DNA from: Microcoleus sp.
GTDB taxonomy: Bacteria; Cyanobacteriota; Cyanobacteriia; Cyanobacteriales; Microcoleaceae
DNA length: 64,000 nucleotides
Direction of reading: 5' to 3'
NCBI GenBank assembly: GCA_052279835.1
Contig: CP181291.1
Span: 4,576,001-4,640,000 of the forward strand
Positions 14,260 to 25,724 of the stretch are shown here, one piece after another. Numbering within the stretch: position 1 is the first letter of the stretch; every line of letters begins with the position of its first letter. The notes beneath the pieces were generated by a model, which had not been told where the DNA came from, searched no databases, and worked only from the letters and a program-made list of their open reading frames with translations. The translations under genes and the position numbers were made by a program.

Positions 14260-16542
14260 ATGCTCGTAGCACAACATTTGTGGGAATTAATTTTATTTCT
14301 GATAATTTTAGTCAGTCCGATTCCCTTAAGTTTTTTTCTGGCATTTCTCAATCATCAACAAAGAAACAACTATTCATTGTCCCATTTTTGCCTAATTTTT
14401 GTGACTGGCTGGAGCATTGTACAAGTCTCGACAGGGTTAATTTTAGGAAGTTTTAATGTCTTAAATATTTCTGGAGTTATTATAGCAGAATTGGGAATAT
14501 TTATATTAGGTTTTTTCCTAAATTATTCAATAAGAAATCAAATTATTCAATTTTTCAACCCGCAGCAATTATTCGTCAATCAAACTCTCAATCAATGGGA
14601 ATGGCTAATTATTTTTTCCTTGGGATTTGTGGGATTTTTGTTATTGGGAAATCTCGCCTCTCAACCGATAACCAATTATGATTCATTGTGGTTTCATCTG
14701 CCTGCAATTGCCAGATGGTATCAAACAGGTTCATTGACTTTATTAGATGCCACTGGGAATTGGATTTTTGAACAAGAGCAAGCGAGAGTATATCCTTACA
14801 ATTGGCATATTTTGTCTGTCTTGTGTTTGTTTCCATTCCAATCAGATTTTTTGGTAGCGTTTCCCCTGCTAATTGCTTGGGTAATTCAGGGACTTTCAGT
14901 GTATCTTTTGAGTGTTAAATTTGGAGCAACTAGAGTTCATGGAATGGCCGCCTCAGCTTTAGTCTTGACAGTGCCAATGATGCTGAACCAAGTTAATACG
15001 ATTCACCCTGATTTACCGCTATCTGCCATATTTACAGTTGGTTTATATTTAGGTTTTTCTTATTATAAAAGCCGTTCCTTATCAGAACTATCCCTATTTT
15101 TTGCTGCCACGGGAATGCTAGCGGGAATCAAAATAACTGGTCTCGTCTACGCAGTCTCACTTTTAACCGGATTAGGAATCTTAGAAATTCATAAATTTGT
15201 AGTTAATAAAACTCCTAGACCAAATCAATTTAAAATCATTTATTTTTTCAAGCCTATGTTGCTAGGTGGTCTAGTTCTTTTCTTACTTTTAGGAGGTTTT
15301 TGGTATGGCAGAAATTTGTTGCACATCAATCATCCGATAGTTGATACTAAAGAGATTAAATTTCCTTTACAACCAGTTACCATACCATCCACAGTAAAGC
15401 CACCAACACCAGCACTCCCCAAGCAGCCAGATTCGCCACATTTCAAGATTTGGCAAAGCACTTTAGCCGCTCAATTCAATCCTAGCAATATCGATCACTG
15501 GAAAACTCTCGGCTTGCAAATTATGATTAGATTGCAAGTGCCATTTATGGCACTTGTTTTGCAGGTATTAGCAGCACCTCTGGCTTTGACAACAGCTAAA
15601 AATAAACTAATTAATCAAAATACTATTATATTGAGTGTACTGCTTGCCAGTACAGGAATTATGTATCTTATTACACCTTACAGTTCTGGTACTGGGGGAG
15701 AGTCAATAGGTGAAATAAGTCCTCTACTGGGTTTTAACCTCAGATACGGATTTCCATTTTTAAGTGTACTGGCGATCGCAGCCGCAGCTACAGCTACTCT
15801 GTTGAAAACTCGCAATCGTTTTGTAGTGAGTGTTGTGGTGGTTAGCACTTTTTTGGGAATAACGAGCAACACAATTTTTGATTATATTAAAAATGCTTCT
15901 TTTACCGGAGATAGTATTGTGTGGGGAGGTTGGCTGATTGACAGTTTTAAGTCTAATCCATTAGAAGCTCTTGAGACTATAGGAAAAATCTTGGGTAGCA
16001 GTTGGAATGATATTTTCATCTACCCGATATTGTATCTGCTGTCAATCTCTGTGGTGGCTGGGATATTGTTAAAAACAAATCCTCGCTTAGGGTGGCAAAA
16101 TAATTTATTTCAATTGAGGCATAAATTAAATTACCTAGTGATAATTGGTATCTGTATAGGATTGATAGTAATTGGGAATTGGAGGGAACAGCGAGATGTT
16201 GCTCGCACAGCACTGTATCGTGGTATTGACGAATATATTAATGAGAATACTGTGCCCAATGAAAAAATTGGATTCTTTTTGAGTTCTCGTAGCTACCTTT
16301 TTTACGGAAAAAATTTGAATAGGCAAGTTTTGTATGTACCTTTTAGAACAGATAGACTTTCTGGATGGATTGACAACCTGCGGCAAAATCAGGTTAGTAT
16401 AATTGGATTCGGGCCATTGACTGATACAGACGCAGCAACCAGAAAAGCTCTATCTAAGCTGACTGGTGCCGATGGCCCGCTGGAACCAGTTTTCGGTAGA
16501 GATTTTAATACCGCACCAGTGCTGTATCGTTTGAAAAATTGA
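14260..16542 (+). CDS. polytopic membrane protein, probable GT-C/ArnT-like glycosyltransferase
   Basis: Many TM helices; YDSLWFHLP, YPYN, KITG and WYGRN motifs; adjacent to a GT2 gene. Confidence 0.6.
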   Translation: MLVAQHLWELILFLIILVSPIPLSFFLAFLNHQQRNNYSLSHFCLIFVTGWSIVQVSTGLILGSFNVLNISGVIIAELGIFILGFFLNYSIRNQIIQFFNPQQLFVNQTLNQWEWLIIFSLGFVGFLLLGNLASQPITNYDSLWFHLPAIARWYQTGSLTLLDATGNWIFEQEQARVYPYNWHILSVLCLFPFQSDFLVAFPLLIAWVIQGLSVYLLSVKFGATRVHGMAASALVLTVPMMLNQVNTIHPDLPLSAIFTVGLYLGFSYYKSRSLSELSLFFAATGMLAGIKITGLVYAVSLLTGLGILEIHKFVVNKTPRPNQFKIIYFFKPMLLGGLVLFLLLGGFWYGRNLLHINHPIVDTKEIKFPLQPVTIPSTVKPPTPALPKQPDSPHFKIWQSTLAAQFNPSNIDHWKTLGLQIMIRLQVPFMALVLQVLAAPLALTTAKNKLINQNTIILSVLLASTGIMYLITPYSSGTGGESIGEISPLLGFNLRYGFPFLSVLAIAAAATATLLKTRNRFVVSVVVVSTFLGITSNTIFDYIKNASFTGDSIVWGGWLIDSFKSNPLEALETIGKILGSSWNDIFIYPILYLLSISVVAGILLKTNPRLGWQNNLFQLRHKLNYLVIIGICIGLIVIGNWREQRDVARTALYRGIDEYINENTVPNEKIGFFLSSRSYLFYGKNLNRQVLYVPFRTDRLSGWIDNLRQNQVSIIGFGPLTDTDAATRKALSKLTGADGPLEPVFGRDFNTAPVLYRLKN

Positions 16543-16557
16543 AATATATCAGTGATA

Positions 16558-17457
16558 ATGAACCTAGAGCCAATTTTATTTTCAATTATCGTTCCTACCT
16601 ATGCTCGTCCTGAAAAATTGACGACATGTCTCCAGTCTTTTGCTAAACTTGAATATCCGCGCGATCGCTTTCAAATTATAGTCGTTAATGATAGTACCGA
16701 AATATCTCTAGTATCAACAGTTGCTCCGTTTCAAAACAACTTAAATCTCATACTTTTAACCCAGCGTAATTCAGGGCCAGCCATCGCCCGAAATACTGGT
16801 TCTTGTGCAGCCACAGGCAAATTTTTAGTATTTACAGACGATGATTGTAGTGTGGCACCTAACTGGCTGCAAACTCTAGAAAATAGATTTACCCAAACAC
16901 CAAATTCTTTAATTGGAGGTCGAATTATTAATGCACTTCCTGATAACATATATTCTACTGCAAGCCAGGAATTGATCGATTACCTTTACAGTTATTATAA
17001 TGCTATTCCCGATCGCGCAAAATATTTCACTTCCAACAATTTTGCCCTTCCGGCGGAATCCTTCCAAAAAATTGGTGGCTTTGGGACAAGTTTTTCCTTC
17101 GCTGGAGAAGACCGGGAATTTTGCCATCGGTGGCTTAACTCTGGGTATAACGCCATTTATGCTCCCGAAGTTATAGTCTATCATGCCCACAAACTGACAC
17201 TGCACCAATTTTGGCAACAGCAATTCAATTACGGTAAAGGTGCTTTTTTGTTTCAGCAAGTTACTGCTCAAACTGCGACTAAAGGGAAACTGCAAAATCC
17301 GTCATTTTATTTGAATTTACTTGCTTATCCTTGGATACATACAACAGGTATTCAAAAGGTATTAATTGGCGGATTATTTTTCCTGTCACAGGTGGCGATT
17401 GTCGCGGGATTGTTATGGGAAAAGAAGCATCAAGAAACTCGGAGACTAGAGGGTTAA
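16558..17457 (+). CDS. family 2 glycosyltransferase
   Basis: SIIVPTY, NSGPAIARN, FTDDD, GEDREF. Confidence 0.92.
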   Translation: MNLEPILFSIIVPTYARPEKLTTCLQSFAKLEYPRDRFQIIVVNDSTEISLVSTVAPFQNNLNLILLTQRNSGPAIARNTGSCAATGKFLVFTDDDCSVAPNWLQTLENRFTQTPNSLIGGRIINALPDNIYSTASQELIDYLYSYYNAIPDRAKYFTSNNFALPAESFQKIGGFGTSFSFAGEDREFCHRWLNSGYNAIYAPEVIVYHAHKLTLHQFWQQQFNYGKGAFLFQQVTAQTATKGKLQNPSFYLNLLAYPWIHTTGIQKVLIGGLFFLSQVAIVAGLLWEKKHQETRRLEG

Positions 17458-17511
17458 AACCCCTAGCACCTAAAAACTTTTGTGGGTGTACCGACTTTGA
17501 AATAAGTCTGA

Positions 17512-18225
17512 TTAAATAAAGCCGTGTTCTGCTAAAAATTCCGGGGTAATGTCTGCCAAACTGTTAATGGCTGGGGTTTCTTCCCAGGGTTCGGGATGTA
17601 GTTGATAACTGCTACGGAGGAACTTGCCGACGTATTTGCCTAAAATATCTGCTTCTAAATTAACTAAACTTCCTGGCTGCAAATAGCGGAGGTTTGTCTC
17701 ATCAAAACTGTGGGGAATTACGGCTACTTCAAACCAATTGCCGTCTGCATCGCAATCTGCGACAGTCAAACTGATGCCGTTGACGGCGATGCTGCCTTTG
17801 GGAACAATGTAAGGTGCTATTTGACGTTGCCATCCTGAATTGATGGCTGTTGGGGCAGTAAACCGCATTTCCCAGGCGTTGGCGGTTTGGGTTGATGTGG
17901 CTAAAGTGCCGATCGCATCTACGTGCCCGGTAACAAAATGTCCGCCTAACTTACTGCCGGCGCGTAGGGAGGTTTCTAAGTTAACAATAGCATCGGGGAA
18001 TGCTCCGAGATTAGTGCGTCTGAGGGTTTCGGGGGAAGCGATCGCGACAAAACCTTGCGGCAAAACGGACACTACTGTTAAACAGACACCATCCACGGCT
18101 ACGCTATCGCCGATCGCCAAATCGTGTAAAATCTGGTGCGAGCTGCTGGAGGTGCAGGAAATTTGAAACCGGTCATTTCCTAGGGACTTCAGTTGTCCGA
18201 GAGATTGAATTAGTCCTGTAAACAT
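17512..18225 (-). CDS. ribE: riboflavin synthase (alpha chain)
   Basis: MFTGLI N-terminus; GDSVAVDGVCLT, GGHFVTGHVD, KGSIAVNGISLT. Confidence 0.96.
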   Translation of the reverse strand: MFTGLIQSLGQLKSLGNDRFQISCTSSSSHQILHDLAIGDSVAVDGVCLTVVSVLPQGFVAIASPETLRRTNLGAFPDAIVNLETSLRAGSKLGGHFVTGHVDAIGTLATSTQTANAWEMRFTAPTAINSGWQRQIAPYIVPKGSIAVNGISLTVADCDADGNWFEVAVIPHSFDETNLRYLQPGSLVNLEADILGKYVGKFLRSSYQLHPEPWEETPAINSLADITPEFLAEHGFI

Positions 18226-18437
18226 GGGTATCTTATGGTATTTCGATCGCGGATTCACGTCAAACCACAGTCAAAATTCGATCGGAGGTAACAACCCGTT
18301 GCCGTATTGCCTCTTTCGGTAGATTATTTTGAGTGCGATCGGTTGTAGATTCAGGCGAAGATCAAGTCATACTGGATTCAGGTCATCTTGATGTCCAAGT
18401 TTTCCACCGCCTTACAGTATTCTATGAGGCCGATCGA

Positions 18438-18944
18438 ATGATTGAAATGAAAGTCGCTGGAATTGCCTTAGATGCAGCCACGCGCAGTCCTATTGTCTTA
18501 TTGAGAGACGCTACAGAGCGACGTGCCTTGCCTATTTATATTGGTCAAGAGCAAGCCAAGGCGATTATCAGTGTTCTGGAAGGCCACAAGCCTCCTCGAC
18601 CTTTAACTCACGATCTGATGGTCAATTTCTTAGAAGCCTGGAATCTGACATTGGAGCGAATCGTGATTCACTCCCTGCAAGATAACACCTTCTATGCGGT
18701 ACTGATCGCCCGTCAAGGAGAAGTTAAAAAAGAAATCGATGCCCGACCTAGCGATGCGATCGCCCTCGCCCTGCGGACAAATAGCCCCATCTGGGTGATG
18801 GAAGAAGTGATCGCTGATGCTTCTATACCGGTCGATCGAGATGCTGATGAAGCCGAACGTAGAGCTTTCCGAGAATTTATCTCAAATCTTCGTCCAGAGG
18901 ATTTGATTAAAGGCAGTGGCTTTAGTTCGGGAGAAACTTCGTAG
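18438..18944 (+). CDS. bifunctional nuclease (DUF151)
   Basis: LPIYIG, RPLTHDL, IDARPSDAIALA; start set at ATG 18438. Confidence 0.92.
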   Translation: MIEMKVAGIALDAATRSPIVLLRDATERRALPIYIGQEQAKAIISVLEGHKPPRPLTHDLMVNFLEAWNLTLERIVIHSLQDNTFYAVLIARQGEVKKEIDARPSDAIALALRTNSPIWVMEEVIADASIPVDRDADEAERRAFREFISNLRPEDLIKGSGFSSGETS

Positions 18945-19056
18945 TAGTTATGTATAGAAACGTTCTCGGCAGTTAGGAAATTTTTAATTTCTCAAACCAT
19001 TGATTTTATTGAATTTTCCTTCTGCCTTCTACCTTCTTGCTTCTTGCTTCTGCTAT

Positions 19057-20187
19057 ATGCGCTATCGAAGGTTTGGCAAAACGAACTTGCCCCTGTCCGT
19101 ATTTTCCTTGGGAACCATGCGCTATTTGGCTTCTGAGGAAACTGCCTGCCAGACTGTACAGCAGGCTGTGTCTCTGGGCATCAATCACATAGAAACAGCC
19201 TCTGGTTATGGTTGCAGCGAGGAATATCTCGGTGTCGCCCTGTCGGCTGGGTTGGCTGTGGATCGATCGCGCTTGCACGTCACCACGAAAATTTCGCCAA
19301 CGCCCGATGCGGAGGCGATGGAACGCTCCATTGATGAGTCCCTAAAACGCCTGAATTTAGACTACCTAGACTGTCTGGCAATTCATGGTTTAAATACTTG
19401 GGAACATTTGGCTTGGGTACAAGCAGAAACAGGCTGTATGGCAACTGTAGACAAAGCTGTTGCCGATGGCAGAATTCGGCACGTCGGCTTTTCCACTCAC
19501 GGACCCTTGGAGCTAATTCTGGCCGCTATCAATACAGATTTGTTTGAATTTGTCAATCTGCATTATTACTATTTTTTTCAGCGCAACGCCCCGGCCATTG
19601 AACTAGCCAGCCAAAAAGATCTAGGCATTTTTATTATTTCTCCCGCAGACAAAGGCGGGCAACTCTACACTGCGCCCGAAACCCTAACAGAAATGTGTAG
19701 GCCGTTCTCACCCCTAGAGTTGAATTATCGGTTTTTATTGAGTGATACTAGGATTGGGACGTTGAGTGTGGGGGCAGCCAACCCGATGGAATTAGAAGAA
19801 CCACTCAGATGTTGCGATCGCGACTTTCCCTTGAGTGCGATCGAAATTACTGCATTTGATCGCTTAGAATCTGTAATGGCATCCAGTCTGGGAACGAACA
19901 AATGTAGCCAGTGCTATGCCTGTTTGCCCTGCCCAGAAAACATCAACATTCCTGAAGTATTGCGACTCCGCAATCTCGCTGTCGGCTGCGACATGACTGA
20001 CTTTGGGAAATACCGCTACGCCATGTTTGAAAATGCTGGACATTGGTTTCCCGGAAACAAGGGCAACCGCTGTACCGATTGTGGCGACTGTTTGCCCCGC
20101 TGTCCCGAAAAGTTAGATATTCCGGGCCTGCTGGCAGATACTCACCAGCGACTGGGTGGCAAAGGGGGCCGGCGGTTGTGGGATTAA
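19057..20187 (+). CDS. aldo/keto reductase with C-terminal 4Fe-4S dicluster
   Basis: MRYRRFGKT..LGTMR, GFSTHG; CSQCYACLPCP and CTDCGDCLPRCP. Confidence 0.92.
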   Translation: MRYRRFGKTNLPLSVFSLGTMRYLASEETACQTVQQAVSLGINHIETASGYGCSEEYLGVALSAGLAVDRSRLHVTTKISPTPDAEAMERSIDESLKRLNLDYLDCLAIHGLNTWEHLAWVQAETGCMATVDKAVADGRIRHVGFSTHGPLELILAAINTDLFEFVNLHYYYFFQRNAPAIELASQKDLGIFIISPADKGGQLYTAPETLTEMCRPFSPLELNYRFLLSDTRIGTLSVGAANPMELEEPLRCCDRDFPLSAIEITAFDRLESVMASSLGTNKCSQCYACLPCPENINIPEVLRLRNLAVGCDMTDFGKYRYAMFENAGHWFPGNKGNRCTDCGDCLPRCPEKLDIPGLLADTHQRLGGKGGRRLWD

Positions 20188-20296
20188 AAAAAAACTGGTT
20201 TCTCAAGGTAATTAAGAACAGAATTTAAACAGTAACATTCCGATCCTCTAGATTAATTGGCAGCCCGCATCTACTACCGATTTAGCATCTACTCCT

Positions 20297-23200
20297 ATGG
20301 CTCAGACTCAGTTAAACAACGGTCAGTCAAATTGTCCGCAGCCAAATATCACAGCAAGTTCCGAAAAATTCACCCCAGTTGTCAGCCATGCTGGGACTGA
20401 CAAGTTGTTTCTCACCCGCCAACAACTAATGGGACTCGTGGTTTTAGCAATCATCTTGCCACTGGGACTTGCAGGTGCAGCACTGTGGATGATATGGACA
20501 GCGGGACTTAGCCAACGGCAAAATCAAGCTAAATCAGAACTAGCTGTTAGTGAAATTAACTATAATCTCAAACTCGATCGCTGGGCTTTGAGTTTGCCAA
20601 ACTTTTTTGATACTCAGTCGATCGCCCAAACAGCCATAGCTTACAATAGTGGCAAAAAATCACCATATTTGCCAAAATCTGTCAAGCAAATTCTCGAAAA
20701 TCAAGTCAAAACAGGGGAAATAGACAGTGCAGTTTTAGTAGGGAAAGATGGCAAGATAATTGTTAGCACTAATCCCCAGCAGCAGGGAGAAAAATTTAAT
20801 CCTCAAAAAATAGTTGATCGAGTATTAGCGAAAAAAGAACCAATTACCATCAGCGAAATTCTGGGTCAATCGGGAATACAAAAACAATTACCCACCGGGC
20901 AGTCGGCGGGATTTAGCGCCACCAATGTCTTGGTTACTTACACCGCAATTCCCGTAAACAATCCCCAAAATCAGACAGTTATTGCTACTTTAGTTTTAGG
21001 CAAAAATCTGAGTAAAAAGCCGATGGTTGCCCCTAGGGAAACTGTCAAGGCAATGGTCGATGGATTTTACGGTATTTATGCACCGGTTAAGGAGGGCAAA
21101 TATGTCTTGGTAAATGCACAAACCGTCAACAAAAATCAAGTTTTGCCAGACTTACAGTCGATGGAAAAATTGCTACTAAAACCAGCACGGATGGCCCGTG
21201 GTACACCAGTTGCCAAGGAAATCAAAATAGGCAATCAAACCTATACAGTAGCAGCAAAAAGCCTTAATAATTCAGGAAAAAATCCCCCAGTAATTTTAGT
21301 CAGGGGAATCGCCCACACCGGGCTGGAAAATTATGGGCTGATTGTGGGATTGTGTGGGGCTTCCCTAGGGTTGCCAATGGCCTTGGCAATGGCGATCGCC
21401 CGCCAAGCCAATGGGAGAGTGGGGCTGTGCGATGGGGGAACTAAAGAAACATCAGCCCCTGGATTCATTCCTTCCCAGACCCAGGGCGGGGACAATCCGC
21501 AATTGTGGGACGAGTTAAAATTTGATAAATTTTCCAACTTATTTGCAAAACCGTCAATTTTAGAGCCTCAATTAACATTCGATTTTAATTACAAAAAATT
21601 ATTGATTGATAATGGAGCTAGGGGATTATTTCCAAAACCTTTAAGTTTTAAACAACTAGAATTACCAGCCACTGAATCCAATTTTGACCAAAAAATATCC
21701 ACAACAGAAGAGACTAATTGCTGCTCGATCAATATCAATCAGACCAGACAAAATTTGCAATACTTAAACCGCCTCAACTTGGAATTGCAGCGAGAAATAG
21801 TCGATCGCGAACACACTGAAAAAGCGCTACAAAATAGCCAAGGATTACTACAAGCAATCTTAGACAACTCCACAGCAGTGATCTACATTAAGGATGCAGA
21901 AGGAAAATATCTCCTAGTCAACCGCTATTTTGAAACCTTATTTCATATCAGCCAAGAGCAAATAGCAGGCAAAACCGATTGGGATATTTTTCCCAAAGAA
22001 AAAGCGGAAACTTTGCGAGGAAACGACCTGAAAGTTCTCCAGGAGGAATCACCGTTCAGCATCGAAGAGGTTGTCCCTCAAGACGACGGACAGCACACCT
22101 ACATTTCCCTCAAATTTCCTCTCTACAACCCCCAAGGAGTTGCTTATGCAGTTGGTACAATTTCTACAGATGTGAGCGATCGCAAACTTGCCGAACTCGC
22201 CCTAGAAAAAGCTAAAAAAGAGCTAGAAATACAAGTCGAAGAACGCACCGTATTCCTGAGACAATCCAACGAACTCTTGCAGCTAGAACTCTCAGCCAGA
22301 GTCCGTGGTTCCATCACTGTCAGACAAATGACAGCTCAAGTGGCCAGACACGCCAGAACCGTTGACGGCATTCTGGGCGCATCCCTAGACCTAATTTTTT
22401 TAGTTAACCAGTCAGGAAGGTACACTTACGTCAGTCGCACGGCGGCTCAAGCTGCTGGCTTGAATCCCAGAGAAATGATTGGTAAAAGTTGGCAAGAATT
22501 GGGTTGGTCTCCCAAAATTATGGAGCAAGTTCACCGACAGTGCGACGCCGTATTTGCTACCACCCTCCCCGCCAAAGGCGAAGTCATCGTCCCTACCGCA
22601 GCCTGGGGAATACGGGACTACGAGTATATTCTGAGCCCGGTTTGCGCTACCGACGGCAGCGTGGAAGCAGTGGTTGCTACCCTGCGGGATATCACCGAAC
22701 GCAAAGATGCTGAGGAAGCGTGGCAGTTGGCCAAAGAAGCGGCTGAACTGGCAAACCGCGCCAAGAGTGCATTTTTGGCAAATATGAGCCACGAGTTACG
22801 GACTCCCCTGAACGCGATTATTGGCTACAGCGATATACTGGTCGAAGATGCCGAAGAGTTAGGGAACGAACAGACTATTTCGGATTTAGACAAAATTCGC
22901 AATGCTGGCAAACATTTGTTGCGATTGATTGACGATATTTTGGATATCTCGAAAATTGAGGCTGACAAGATGGAACTTTGTCTCGAAAGCTTCGATGTAG
23001 GTGGCTTAATTGAGGAAGTGGCGGTAACAGTCAAACCACTGATGGAGAAAAACGGTAATGTTTTGCACGTAAATATTGGTGAGGGCATCGGTGCTATGCA
23101 CGCTGATTTGATGAAAGTGCAGCAGGTACTATTGAATTTATTGAGCAATGCTGCTAAGTTTTCGACAGCAGGTAGGATTGAACTTGGTGTAGCCAGAATT

Positions 23201-23518
23201 ACCAGTGAAGCATTAAAAAATAAATATCAACCGACGGTTACTCAAATTTTAATTTTGGATTCAGACTTTTTAATTTTCAGAGTTAAAGATACAGGCATTG
23301 GTATGACGAAAGAGCAGCAAGAACGACTGTTTCAACCTTTTACTCAAGCGGATAATTCCACTACCCGCAAGTACGGTGGTACGGGTTTGGGACTGACTAT
23401 CAGCCAGCGTTTTTGTCAGATGATGGGTGGGGATATTGAAATTGAAAGTGAAATTGGTTCGGGTTCTATTTTTAAAGTTTTTCTGCCTGCGGCTTTATTC
23501 AAGCGTCATGAATTATGA
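20297..23518 (+). CDS. membrane sensor histidine kinase (2 TM, 2 PAS, HisKA, HATPase)
   Basis: [35 protein letters not shown]; two PAS/PAC segments; no receiver domain seen. Confidence 0.93.
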   Translation: MAQTQLNNGQSNCPQPNITASSEKFTPVVSHAGTDKLFLTRQQLMGLVVLAIILPLGLAGAALWMIWTAGLSQRQNQAKSELAVSEINYNLKLDRWALSLPNFFDTQSIAQTAIAYNSGKKSPYLPKSVKQILENQVKTGEIDSAVLVGKDGKIIVSTNPQQQGEKFNPQKIVDRVLAKKEPITISEILGQSGIQKQLPTGQSAGFSATNVLVTYTAIPVNNPQNQTVIATLVLGKNLSKKPMVAPRETVKAMVDGFYGIYAPVKEGKYVLVNAQTVNKNQVLPDLQSMEKLLLKPARMARGTPVAKEIKIGNQTYTVAAKSLNNSGKNPPVILVRGIAHTGLENYGLIVGLCGASLGLPMALAMAIARQANGRVGLCDGGTKETSAPGFIPSQTQGGDNPQLWDELKFDKFSNLFAKPSILEPQLTFDFNYKKLLIDNGARGLFPKPLSFKQLELPATESNFDQKISTTEETNCCSININQTRQNLQYLNRLNLELQREIVDREHTEKALQNSQGLLQAILDNSTAVIYIKDAEGKYLLVNRYFETLFHISQEQIAGKTDWDIFPKEKAETLRGNDLKVLQEESPFSIEEVVPQDDGQHTYISLKFPLYNPQGVAYAVGTISTDVSDRKLAELALEKAKKELEIQVEERTVFLRQSNELLQLELSARVRGSITVRQMTAQVARHARTVDGILGASLDLIFLVNQSGRYTYVSRTAAQAAGLNPREMIGKSWQELGWSPKIMEQVHRQCDAVFATTLPAKGEVIVPTAAWGIRDYEYILSPVCATDGSVEAVVATLRDITERKDAEEAWQLAKEAAELANRAKSAFLANMSHELRTPLNAIIGYSDILVEDAEELGNEQTISDLDKIRNAGKHLLRLIDDILDISKIEADKMELCLESFDVGGLIEEVAVTVKPLMEKNGNVLHVNIGEGIGAMHADLMKVQQVLLNLLSNAAKFSTAGRIELGVARITSEALKNKYQPTVTQILILDSDFLIFRVKDTGIGMTKEQQERLFQPFTQADNSTTRKYGGTGLGLTISQRFCQMMGGDIEIESEIGSGSIFKVFLPAALFKRHEL

Positions 23519-23552
23519 ATTTTGAAGGAATAAGGAATAAGGATTTAGGCAA

Positions 23553-24041
23553 ATGTATTATATCCCATTGAGCAAACATATTTATGTTTATATAGCCTGT
23601 TTGATTTCTGTTTCGGTATTATTGTCGCAGCCACCTGCTGCACTGGGGAAACAGCCTGGTTGTCCTAGGGGTGACATTGCTAATTTGCCCTCGCCTCCAC
23701 TTTCCCAAACCGAAAAGAGTGTTCCGAGTTTGTGGTTGGCTCAAAAACAATTTGGGGGACAATTACTCGATCGCTGGTTTGTGGATTCTAATTCTCGCAA
23801 TAGTTGGGTGATCCTGTTAGTGAATCGCCAGCTTTGGAGTGGATTGGATTATGTAGGGCGCTATCAATTTGTCAATCGGTTTGGGATGGCGGCCATGGAA
23901 GATGGATACAATGTTCGAGTGTGTAACCGTGAAGGTGTAGCTTTGGCTGCTTACTTCTGCGAGGGCGATCGACTAAACTGCCACATCAATTTAGACTCTG
24001 TATCAAATTTGGGTATTCAAAGAAAGCCAAAGCTATTTTAA
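23553..24041 (+). CDS. hypothetical exported protein
   Basis: N-terminal hydrophobic signal; PSLWLAQKQFGG, FVNRFG..GYNVRV; AAGGA RBS. Confidence 0.7.
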   Translation: MYYIPLSKHIYVYIACLISVSVLLSQPPAALGKQPGCPRGDIANLPSPPLSQTEKSVPSLWLAQKQFGGQLLDRWFVDSNSRNSWVILLVNRQLWSGLDYVGRYQFVNRFGMAAMEDGYNVRVCNREGVALAAYFCEGDRLNCHINLDSVSNLGIQRKPKLF

Positions 24042-24076
24042 ACCGAGAAACTCGATCTCATCTTGATTGGAAATTT

Positions 24077-25393
24077 TTAGTTTCTTTGAGTAGTGGGAGA
24101 TGCTAAAGGTTGACTATTGTTTTTAGGCCGTTCTGGCTGATTTTTGGCTGCTGGTTTTGGTGGTGGTGGCGGCGGAAAAGTAGCGGCTCGTCTGGGTATT
24201 TGTAGAGCTGTTCGGAATGCAGAAAATGGGAAGAAAGTTTGAAATTTTGACAAGCGCTCTTCAAGAGATTCCGGTGTTAATTCCCACAAACTTTCGTAGT
24301 AAAAAAAAGCCACACCTAAGCCGTATTCTTGGACTGCTCGCACCTGAGATTGAATTTGGTGCATGGGAACTGGGCGATTTCTTAAACCAGTCATAATTCC
24401 AACTCCTGTGGGAATTTTTTTCTGGGTTTCTTGCATTTCTGGGCGATTGATTTTGTTAATAAACGATGCTAAATCAGGGCGGTAAACTTGCACAATTAGC
24501 TCGTCGGCAATATCTAACCTTACCCAAGCTAGCCAATCTTGCAGGTGATGCTTGTAAGCAAATTCGTAGTAATTGGGAGAAATGGAGAAAATTGCCTTGG
24601 GTTTTACGGCTTTTACAGCTTGATTTAGTTGCGACATAAATGCCGTAATTTTATTAGCTCGCCACTGCACCCAAGCTGGATCTTGAAAATCTGTTGGAGG
24701 AGCTTTTTTGGTTTCTTTAGTATACAGTGCAACGGTGTAGGCATCATAACCAAATTCTGATGGCAAACTCATGTGATCGTCAAATTGAATGCCATCAGCA
24801 TTGTATTTAGTAGTGACTTCTAGTACGAGTTCGCTAATGAATTGCTGAACTTCGGGATGAAAAGGGTTTAACCAAACTACTTCGCCACCCGCACCGTTTG
24901 ATGTCTGGGTTCCGTCTTGTTTTTGTGTTAGCCAATCGGGATTATTTAATGCTAATTCTGAGCTGGGAGGAGTCATGAAACCAAACTCAAACCAGGGAAT
25001 TACTAACAATCCTTGGCGATGAGATTGCTCGATTAAATCTGCTAGCATATCTTGTCCGTCTAAGCCTCTGTACACAAAGGGTTGAATATCTCTTTGTTGG
25101 GCGACAGGACTAGGATACATCACATAGCCAGAATTCCAAATTACGGGATAAATAGTGTTGAAATTTAACTGTTTGAGTTTGGTGACTGCTTCTGTTACTT
25201 TGCGCCGCTCTCTGAGGATGTCTTTGTCGTTTGTTGTCATCCAAACTCCTCGGATTTCTTGACGGGGTTGCTGGGCGATCGCCGGAATCAAGTTGTTCGC
25301 CAGCAGTGCTATCATGAAGGAGATGGCAAATAAAAGCGGGAGAATAGGTTTAATCGATCGCAGCCAACCGCGAGGAATGATGCGTAATGTCAT
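24077..25393 (-). CDS. GHL10/DUF187 glycoside hydrolase-like protein
   Basis: EIRGVW, IPWFEFG, WLNPFHPEVQ, DGIQFDDH, QDW; signal peptide; Pro-rich tail. Confidence 0.9.
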   Translation of the reverse strand: MTLRIIPRGWLRSIKPILPLLFAISFMIALLANNLIPAIAQQPRQEIRGVWMTTNDKDILRERRKVTEAVTKLKQLNFNTIYPVIWNSGYVMYPSPVAQQRDIQPFVYRGLDGQDMLADLIEQSHRQGLLVIPWFEFGFMTPPSSELALNNPDWLTQKQDGTQTSNGAGGEVVWLNPFHPEVQQFISELVLEVTTKYNADGIQFDDHMSLPSEFGYDAYTVALYTKETKKAPPTDFQDPAWVQWRANKITAFMSQLNQAVKAVKPKAIFSISPNYYEFAYKHHLQDWLAWVRLDIADELIVQVYRPDLASFINKINRPEMQETQKKIPTGVGIMTGLRNRPVPMHQIQSQVRAVQEYGLGVAFFYYESLWELTPESLEERLSKFQTFFPFSAFRTALQIPRRAATFPPPPPPKPAAKNQPERPKNNSQPLASPTTQRN

Positions 25394-25417
25394 AGTGTTA
25401 AATGGTGAGTTAGCTCT

Positions 25418-25489
25418 TAGACATCTCCAAAAATGATGGTGGGGTAAGCCCGAAAGCCAGCCATTGACAGGCTTTTCTGGAGACGGTTA
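25418..25489. repeat. family A MITE-like element, copy 2
   Basis: TAGACATCTCC left end; degenerate GGAGACGGTTA right end; 72 bp. Confidence 0.55.
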
Positions 25490-25624
25490 TCGAAACACAC
25501 CCTGGCATAATTTGCTAATGAAATTTAGTCGTTCTACAGTCTACAACCATTTGTGCTGATTTGCTAATTGGTTGAGTGAAATCGCGACATCGCTTAGATG
25601 CGATCGCACTTTGGCAAACTATAA

Positions 25625-25703
25625 TATACTTGTCCCAAAAAGGCTGTCAAGGGCTGGCTGGATGTCTAATCCTACTCCTGACAGAAATTATGGGAGATGT
25701 CTA
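25625..25703. repeat. family A MITE-like element, copy 3 (inverted relative to copy 2)
   Basis: Right end GGGAGATGTCTA; internal AGGCTGTCAAGGGCTGGCT is a near reverse complement of the copy 2 interior. Confidence 0.55.
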
Positions 25704-25724
25704 ATATTGATACATGAAATATCC

